20,000 nt of DNA from contig PEAD01000016.1 of NCBI GenBank assembly GCA_002753335.1, positions 45,729 through 65,728 on the forward strand. The letters run 5' to 3'. The translations under genes and the position numbers were made by a program. The DNA comes from Nitrospirae bacterium MYbin3. GTDB taxonomy: Bacteria > Nitrospirota > Thermodesulfovibrionia > Thermodesulfovibrionales > Dissulfurispiraceae. Below are positions 9,970 through 15,958 of the stretch, piece after piece. Position 1 is the stretch's first letter. Every line of letters starts with the position of its first letter. Below the pieces are notes generated by a model that was given only the letters and a program-made list of their open reading frames with translations, was not told the DNA's origin and searched no databases.

Positions 9970-10332
9970 CTATCCTGCCTGAACAATAAGCCCGATGCCG
10001 GCGGCGGTGATGCCTATGCCCCACCATTCAGCGCGGCTAACCTCCTCTTTGAGCACAAGCACAGAAAAAAATATGATGAACACCTTCTGCATGCCTGTAA
10101 GAGGAAAAGCTATCGAAAGAGGAATTATTGAAAGTATAAAAAGCCATATTATATTGTCTATAAGGTAAGTCAACAATCCCACTATAACCCAGCGGTTTTT
10201 GAGCAGCTGAATATAATAGGCTATACCATCCGACTCGCAGTGTGCTGACGCACCTTTTTTTAAGCAAAGATGCGTGACGCCTTCCATTGAAGCGCCTATC
10301 ACAAAAAGCGGCGCAAGCTTTAACAAGGTCAT
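9970..10332 (-). CDS. Small DMT/EamA-SMR family membrane protein (ArnE/ArnF-like flippase or exporter)
   Basis: 120 aa with ~4 hydrophobic segments and motifs PLSIAFP and LKEEVS...WWGIGITAAGIGL. Confidence 0.8.
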   Translation of the reverse strand: MTLLKLAPLFVIGASMEGVTHLCLKKGASAHCESDGIAYYIQLLKNRWVIVGLLTYLIDNIIWLFILSIIPLSIAFPLTGMQKVFIIFFSVLVLKEEVSRAEWWGIGITAAGIGLIVQAG

Positions 10333-10333
10333 A

Positions 10334-11701
10334 TTATGCTCCGCACCTTTTCACCAAAGACTCGAACAGTTCGGCAAACAGGTCTATCTCTTCATATGTT
10401 ATGGTCAAGGCGGGGGCAAGTGTAAAAACATTCTTGTAGTATCCGCCCACATCAAGTACAAGCCCGTATTTCTTGCCTCTCACATCGATATGGCCCTTCA
10501 TGCCCTCTTGGAATATCGCGTCGGTCAGTCCTCTGTCAGGGGTATAACCGTCAGCCTTTGTCATCTCGATCCTTAAAGCAAGACCGATACCGTCAACATC
10601 GCCTATGACCGAATATTTTTTCTTAAGCTCTTTTAAACGGCCGAGCATGTATGCGCCTTTCTCGGCCACCATCTTTTCAAAATCATTTTTCTTCACATAC
10701 TCCATCACAGCAAGTCCCGCCGCTGTTCCGAGCGGATTGCTCGAAAATGTGGAGTGCGTGCAGCCTGCCGGAAATACCGAAGGGCTGATCAGTTCTTCCC
10801 TCGCCCAGAGTCCGGACAATGGGTTCAGCCCGTTTGTGAGCGATTTTGCAAAGGTTACCACATCAGGCTTAAATCCGAAATGCTCAGCAGCCCAAAGCTT
10901 GCCGGTCCTATAAAAGCCCATCTGTATCTCGTCATCAACAAGAAGAATATCGTATTTCTTTAAAATAGCTGACATCTTTGCAAAATATTCGGGGGGCGGC
11001 ACAATATATCCGCCTGTTGCCTGCAGGGGCTCCATATAAAAAGCGGAGTACTCGACTTCGTTGTCCTTCTTATCTATAACACCGTAATACTCGGTTTCGA
11101 AAAGTTTTTCGAATTGGCGTATGCATTCATACCCGCATTCGGTCCTCTTTAACCCGTAGAAGCAGCGGTAGCAGTATGGGAAGGGGATAAAGTTTGCCCT
11201 GTTGCTGAAATGGCCGTATCTCTTTCTGTATCTAAAACTGCTAGTTATCTCGGTGGCAGCAAGGGTGCGGCCGTGATAACCGCCCATGAATGCCAATGAA
11301 AGAGACTTGCCATGTTTAAAATTGCGCACAAGCTTCATGCTGTCCTCAACCGCTTGAGAGCCGCCGACATTGAAATGAACCCTGCCTTTTTCGCCGAATC
11401 TTTTTTCGGTCTCTTTTGCTATCGAAGCCGCAAGAAGGATTTTCTCTTTGTGAAGATACTGCGACGCAACCTGCGGCAGAGTCTTCATCTGAAGATCATG
11501 AACCGCCTCTATTTCCCTGTTTCTGTATCCGAAATTTACGGCCGAATACCACATCTGAACATCAAGGTAAGGCGTGTCATTCATGTCATAAAGCCAAGAA
11601 CCATCACACCTTGAAAATATATTGGGATGCTCAAGATAATGCACCGTGTCGCCGTAAGAGCAATACTTAGATTCAAGTTCGAGCAGTTCTTTTTCGGTCA
11701 T
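10334..11701 (-). CDS. Class-III PLP-dependent aminotransferase
   Basis: GGSQAVE, GGYHGRT, EPLQATGG, LLVDDEIQMGFYRTG, FAKSLTNG (PLP lysine), HSTFSSNPL. Confidence 0.93.
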   Translation of the reverse strand: MTEKELLELESKYCSYGDTVHYLEHPNIFSRCDGSWLYDMNDTPYLDVQMWYSAVNFGYRNREIEAVHDLQMKTLPQVASQYLHKEKILLAASIAKETEKRFGEKGRVHFNVGGSQAVEDSMKLVRNFKHGKSLSLAFMGGYHGRTLAATEITSSFRYRKRYGHFSNRANFIPFPYCYRCFYGLKRTECGYECIRQFEKLFETEYYGVIDKKDNEVEYSAFYMEPLQATGGYIVPPPEYFAKMSAILKKYDILLVDDEIQMGFYRTGKLWAAEHFGFKPDVVTFAKSLTNGLNPLSGLWAREELISPSVFPAGCTHSTFSSNPLGTAAGLAVMEYVKKNDFEKMVAEKGAYMLGRLKELKKKYSVIGDVDGIGLALRIEMTKADGYTPDRGLTDAIFQEGMKGHIDVRGKKYGLVLDVGGYYKNVFTLAPALTITYEEIDLFAELFESLVKRCGA

Positions 11702-12468
11702 AGTATCAATGCTCCTGAGTTAAAAGATGGCATTATTTTTTCAGTTTCTACAGATTCAAAGCTTCCTCTTTCGATAAGCACAGCCAAGCTGTTTTCGATG
11801 GTCTTGAAATCAAAGAAGGGGGTGTGGTTCAGATTCTTTGTTCTGCAATAATCTGTAAGCTTCTTTTTTGAAAACACATGCGCTGCATCTTCCGCCAAAC
11901 AAAAATCACTCCTGCCGTCGCCTATATGGATCACCGGCAGACCGCCAGAATTAGCTCTGGCAACACTGCATTTGCAGACTCCGGAAGAGCATCCGGTCTT
12001 GTTGTATGGAAACGAAGTCATAAGTTCGCCGTAAATTTCTGTAATCCTGTTTGAGTAAACCGGAATGTTCGATAGGCCGGACTTAGAAAGAATTTTTTTG
12101 ATAATTAGATCAAACCCGTCGCTTATAATCGCAAAAGGCATTTCATTTTTTCTTAAAAAATTCACAAAAGCAGAAAATGTTTCGTTAACCGAAAATTCGC
12201 CAGCATACTCCAGTATCTCGGCAAGAGAAGCATCTATAAGCGCCATCTGCTTAGAGAGGCATTCCATAGAGCCTATAGCGCCAGCTTCCCAAAGCCTTTC
12301 AACAGCCTCCCATTCGGGCCGCGCAAACTTTTTTATAACCGCGTCGGTGATATCGCTGTCGGTGATAGTACCGTCAAAATCGATCGAGACAAAACAATCA
12401 AGTTTCTTGCTTGAAACTGAACGCTCCGACTCAAAAGTCATAAAAGCATAATTAGGTTTGATTGGCAT
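11698..12468 (-). CDS. HAD-IB family phosphatase, MtnX/PHOSPHO1-like
   Basis: DFDGTIT (motif I), IISDG (II), CKC (III), IGDGRSD (IV). AGGGG Shine-Dalgarno upstream. ATGA overlap with the aminotransferase. Confidence 0.88.
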   Translation of the reverse strand: MPIKPNYAFMTFESERSVSSKKLDCFVSIDFDGTITDSDITDAVIKKFARPEWEAVERLWEAGAIGSMECLSKQMALIDASLAEILEYAGEFSVNETFSAFVNFLRKNEMPFAIISDGFDLIIKKILSKSGLSNIPVYSNRITEIYGELMTSFPYNKTGCSSGVCKCSVARANSGGLPVIHIGDGRSDFCLAEDAAHVFSKKKLTDYCRTKNLNHTPFFDFKTIENSLAVLIERGSFESVETEKIMPSFNSGALIL

Positions 12469-12507
12469 TTGTTTTCCCCTATCTTTATCTACTTAGCAGA
12501 ATAACAT

Positions 12508-12524
12508 AGCAAAGACCATACCAA
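12508..12524 (-). promoter_or_regulatory. Sigma-54 (-24/-12) promoter of the 7-gene operon
   Basis: The minus strand reads TTGGTATGGTCTTTGCT, with GG and GC at the canonical spacing of TGGCAC-N5-TTGCW, about 40 nt upstream of the HAD start codon. Confidence 0.75.
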
Positions 12525-12621
12525 AATATTAATCGTTATTTTACAGCACATTATACAAAGACACAAGGCAGACAGCGCAAAAAATGTATACCAGAAAAGT
12601 CGGAGTACAACATTTCATTTT

Positions 12622-13125
12622 CTAAATTTTTTTAAGGATAACCTCCGAAACATCCTTGCGTAAAGATTTTCTATTGCCAGAAGCAGGCCTCCCAACTGCA
12701 AGCACAGCCATAAGCTCCATAGAAATCGGCAAATTGAGCTTTTCTCTCACCCCGTCCCGGTTATTCAATATTTCGCCAAGCCAGACAGCCCCAAAACCAA
12801 GCCCATGGACAGCAAGAAGCATATTTTGAATACAAGCGCCAATAGATTGATGGTCTTTCACATCGTTGTACATAGCCTCCCTATCCACAAATACAACTAT
12901 GCATGCGGCAGCACCGTCTATTATTTTTTTATACTTGGTAAATTTTGCAAGCTCTGCAATCATATTTTTATCTTGAACAATTACAAACCGCCATGGTTGA
13001 TTGTTCAAACCTGACGGCGCCCATGTGCCGGCTTTAATGATCTCGATCAAGTCTTCAAGGGTGACAGGTTCCGGTGTAAACTGCCTTACACTTCTGCGGT
13101 TGTAAATTGCCTCAAAAATATCCAT
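12622..13125 (-). CDS. Nitroreductase family protein
   Basis: RRSVRQF, APSGLNNQPWRFVIV, IQNMLLAVHGLGFGAVW. GGGAGG Shine-Dalgarno. Confidence 0.92.
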   Translation of the reverse strand: MDIFEAIYNRRSVRQFTPEPVTLEDLIEIIKAGTWAPSGLNNQPWRFVIVQDKNMIAELAKFTKYKKIIDGAAACIVVFVDREAMYNDVKDHQSIGACIQNMLLAVHGLGFGAVWLGEILNNRDGVREKLNLPISMELMAVLAVGRPASGNRKSLRKDVSEVILKKI

Positions 13126-13244
13126 AAACTTACAGACCTCCCAATCAGATAGATTTACATATATTCTGCACCATTAGCACAAATTTAGCACAGGAGATTT
13201 GCTCATAAGCAATGATTGATTTAGGTATGATTAGATGACACTTC

Positions 13245-13273
13245 ACTGATGGTTTTTGGGGCAAACCATCAGT
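13245..13273. terminator. Perfect 11-bp stem-loop downstream of tRNA-Val (possible terminator)
   Basis: ACTGATGGTTT-ttggggc-AAACCATCAGT. There is no clear U-tract on either strand, so the terminator role is uncertain. Confidence 0.45.
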
Positions 13274-13303
13274 ATCAACCTATTGAAATACAATGAGAAA
13301 AAA

Positions 13304-13378
13304 TGGTAGGCACGAGGGGTATCGAACCCCTGACCTCTTCCGTGTCAGGGAAGCGCTCTCCCACTGAGCTACGCGCCT
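13304..13378 (-). tRNA. tRNA-Val(GAC)
   Basis: The minus strand folds into a 75-nt cloverleaf: acceptor AGGCGCG/CGTGCCT, D-arm GCTC/GAGC, anticodon stem CTTCC/GGAAG with loop CTGACAC, T-arm AGGGG-TTCGATA-CCCCT, and an encoded CCA. Confidence 0.97.
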
Positions 13379-13499
13379 TTATAGGCCTTACCATAAACGA
13401 AGAGACAATTTTGTAATGTACCATTTTCTTTGCTGTCTGAGCAAGGCTCATTTCATGTAAAAATTATCAGTTATATCCATCATGAAGCAATTCGGGCAA

Positions 13500-13546
13500 T
13501 TGACATCACAATTCGGTTTAAATTAAAGTAAGTAAGCACTTACATT
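13500..13546 (+). promoter_or_regulatory. Sigma-70-type promoter of tolC with an overlapping palindromic operator
   Basis: TTGACA (13500-13505), an 18-nt spacer and TAAAGT (13524-13529). The palindrome GTAAGT-aagc-ACTTAC at 13528-13543 overlaps the -10 and the start region. Confidence 0.55.
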
Positions 13547-13576
13547 CCATTCGGATTGATTAACCTAAAGGCGCAT

Positions 13577-14890
13577 ATGAACAGAAAAATAAAAAAACAT
13601 CTTGCATCAATTTTTGCCTTCATGTTTTTTCTCTCGCTACCCATATGCGAAGCTCAGGAATATACTCTCGATCGTCTTTATCCCATCGCGTTGGAGTATG
13701 CAGAAAAGATAAAACTTTCGGAAGAAGACCTTATCATCTCTGAAGCAAGCCGCGATAAGTCGCTCTCATCATTGCTTCCTAAGGTATCAACCTATGCAGG
13801 CATTACAAAATATACAGACGATAAATATACCACCACAGGCGTTCTGTTACAGTACAAAGAAACTTCAAACTGGGGAGTTCGACTCGACCAATCAATATCG
13901 CTCGGAGGCAAAGAAATAAAGGCGCTGAACATGTCTCAGGAAAACATTCAGAAAAGCCGCTTTGATCTGGCTTCGATGCGCGAGGAATATCTCTATACGG
14001 TTTCATCAGCTTTTTTTGATGTACTCAGGGCCAGCAAGGCGGTCGAGATAGCCAAATCAAATCTCGAAAGATTAGGCAAGCATAAAACAGCAGCAGAAAC
14101 AAAACTACGCGTAGGAGAAGTTACCAAAACCGCGCTGCTCAGGGCTCAGGCAGAATTTTCGGCTGCCAAGTCCGAGCTTGTAAAAGCAGAAAATGGGCTA
14201 AAGCTCTCCAAAGCAATACTTTCAAGACTAACAGGCATCGAAAGCGAGTTCAATTTAAAAGAACCGGATGAAGATTATAAAAACAAATCCGCTTTTGCAG
14301 AACAGGGACTTGAAGCTCTGAAGCAAAAAGCTTTGAGCGAGCGGACCGAAATAAAATCGGCTATGGCCCAGAAGAAAATAGCGGACGGGCAGCTTTCATT
14401 CGCAAAAGGCGGGCATTGGCCATCCCTCGGAGTTGAAGGCGTTTACTCAAAAATGAACGCTAAGCCTGATTCGGTAACCCTAAATAAATCGAGCGTTTAC
14501 GGGGGGCTGAAACTTACCCTGCCGATTTTTGAAGGCGGGCTTAGGGTGGCTGAAGTAAAAGAGGCTACTGCAAAACAGAAACAGGCATCATTGAACTTTA
14601 ATGACCTTAAGAAAAGTATCAATATAGAGGTTGAAAGAGCATATCTCGACTTCTCAACACAGAAAGACATGATGAACTCGAATCAAGAACAGGTTGTCTT
14701 CGCAAAAGACAACTACAATGCGGTGTCCAAGCAGTTTGAGTTCGGCCTCGCCAACAGCCTCGACGTTATGGATGCCAACAACCTGCTCGTCTCTTCAGAA
14801 AAACAGCTTGCAGAAACACGCTACAATATTGACCTCTCACTTTTGAAGATAAAACGGTCTGTCGGAATTCCGCTGTATTCTGGCAAATAA
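13577..14890 (+). CDS. TolC-family outer membrane efflux protein
   Basis: Signal peptide MNRKIKK...ICEA and two OEP repeats (LLPKVS...; HWPSLGVEG...LPIFEGG; KQFEFGLANSLDVMDA). ATG 13577 is preferred over TTG 13556. Confidence 0.9.
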   Translation: MNRKIKKHLASIFAFMFFLSLPICEAQEYTLDRLYPIALEYAEKIKLSEEDLIISEASRDKSLSSLLPKVSTYAGITKYTDDKYTTTGVLLQYKETSNWGVRLDQSISLGGKEIKALNMSQENIQKSRFDLASMREEYLYTVSSAFFDVLRASKAVEIAKSNLERLGKHKTAAETKLRVGEVTKTALLRAQAEFSAAKSELVKAENGLKLSKAILSRLTGIESEFNLKEPDEDYKNKSAFAEQGLEALKQKALSERTEIKSAMAQKKIADGQLSFAKGGHWPSLGVEGVYSKMNAKPDSVTLNKSSVYGGLKLTLPIFEGGLRVAEVKEATAKQKQASLNFNDLKKSINIEVERAYLDFSTQKDMMNSNQEQVVFAKDNYNAVSKQFEFGLANSLDVMDANNLLVSSEKQLAETRYNIDLSLLKIKRSVGIPLYSGK

Positions 14891-14900
14891 TAGTTGGTAT

Positions 14901-15329
14901 TTACTGCCCGATTAATATTTTTGATTTATCCCCTATGATTTGAGGGGTTTGGATTCTTCCATGCATACGTTTTGCATAATATGGGATACCTTCATTTTCA
15001 TCCGTAATCAGCCTATAAAAATCATCAGCGGTAACTTTATCCTTGCCACGAGTTAAAAGGTCTTTAACCGATTCAAGAAAGAAATAGGTGAACATGCTAT
15101 GTTTTTTATCAGGATACCATGAACTCACTTCTGTTCCTTTAGAAGAGGTCATTATTACAGCATTGGGTATATTTGCAACAGCATTTTTGACTTCCATGAC
15201 AAGGGGGCTCATATTCTTTAAAAGAGAACCTTTCTCTGAAACACCGCTAAAGCAGGCATCAACTAAAACGTAGATATTAGGAGAACTCTTCTCTTTTGAT
15301 ATTTGGGCTATTTGTTGACAACTGTCACG
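14901..15329 (-). pseudogene. C-terminal fragment of a caspase-family (peptidase C14) protein
   Basis: The frame is open upstream of the annotated Met and reads ...NIYVLVDACFSG (D at 15260)..., VIMTSS..TEVS, HSMFTYFFL, QTPQI. An in-frame TAG lies at 15330-15332. No ATG/GTG/TTG start precedes the Cys motif and the His-Gly catalytic half is absent. Confidence 0.8.
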
Positions 15330-15343
15330 CTACGCGTTACAAT
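15315..15343 (+). promoter_or_regulatory. higBA promoter with operator palindrome
   Basis: TTGACA (15315-15320), 17 nt, TACAAT (15338-15343). The inverted repeat TGTCACGC-tac-GCGTTACA (15323-15341) occupies the spacer and -10. Confidence 0.8.
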
Positions 15344-15351
15344 CTATACAG

Positions 15352-15633
15352 ATGATAAAAACATTTGCCGACAAACACACGTATGAGCTATATGCAACCG
15401 GCAAATCAAAGCGATTGCATAAAGATATTTTAAAGAGGGCTTTGCGACGCATGGAATATATTGATAATGCTACTTGCATTGACGACCTAATAGTGCCTCC
15501 AAGCAACAGGCTGCATAGCCTCAGGGGTGACAGAGAAGGACATTATTCCATATCAACAAACGAGAAATGGAGAATATGTTTCCGTTTTATTGACGGAGAC
15601 GCATACGATGTCGAAATAACAGATTATCATTGA
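15352..15633 (+). CDS. higB: HigB/RelE-family toxin
   Basis: MIKTFADK...PPSNRLHSLRGDREGHYSI...WRICFRF...VEITDYH, the classic plasmid-maintenance killer signature. Confidence 0.93.
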   Translation: MIKTFADKHTYELYATGKSKRLHKDILKRALRRMEYIDNATCIDDLIVPPSNRLHSLRGDREGHYSISTNEKWRICFRFIDGDAYDVEITDYH

Positions 15634-15643
15634 GAGGTGTGTT

Positions 15644-15958
15644 ATGAGTATAAAAAATATTGAAGCAAGACAGATTAAACCAACGCATCCCGGCGAGATG
15701 CTGATGAAGGATTTCATGCCGGACTATGGCCTTACTGCAGCGGGTCTTGCTGCTAAATTGGGGGTTTCCCGCCAGACAGTAAATGAAATACTCCGCGAGA
15801 AACGCTCCATAAGCCCTTCAATGGCCTTACGGCTTTCACGCCTGTTCGGGAATACGCCGGAATTTTGGCTTAATTCGCAGCGTGCAGTTGATCTATGGCT
15901 AGCAGAGAAGGAAAATAGAAAAACGCTAAACAATATAAAGCCGCTAAAGGCGGCATAA
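15644..15958 (+). CDS. higA: HigA antitoxin (HTH-XRE)
   Basis: [52 protein letters not shown] Shine-Dalgarno. Toxin-first gene order. Confidence 0.93.
   Translation: MSIKNIEARQIKPTHPGEMLMKDFMPDYGLTAAGLAAKLGVSRQTVNEILREKRSISPSMALRLSRLFGNTPEFWLNSQRAVDLWLAEKENRKTLNNIKPLKAA

Noticed and set aside
10334..11701. Calling the aminotransferase gabT, argD, ectB or serine palmitoyltransferase
   Set aside because: Class-III motifs do not fix the substrate, no matching pathway neighbours are present, and it is not an alpha-oxoamine synthase.
2294..12451. Numerous plus-strand ORFs over aconitase, secA and the 7-gene operon
   Set aside because: Antisense or alternative-frame shadows of well-supported genes.
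11698..12468. Calling the HAD enzyme mtnX (methionine salvage)
   Set aside because: The family resemblance is real, but no mtnA/B/W/D genes are adjacent and the gene is translationally coupled to an aminotransferase-ACP-KAS operon.
13304..13325. Second copy of the tRNA 3' end (att duplication) defining an intact island
   Set aside because: No duplicate was found by eye within the window and no integrase is present, so no mobile element is called.
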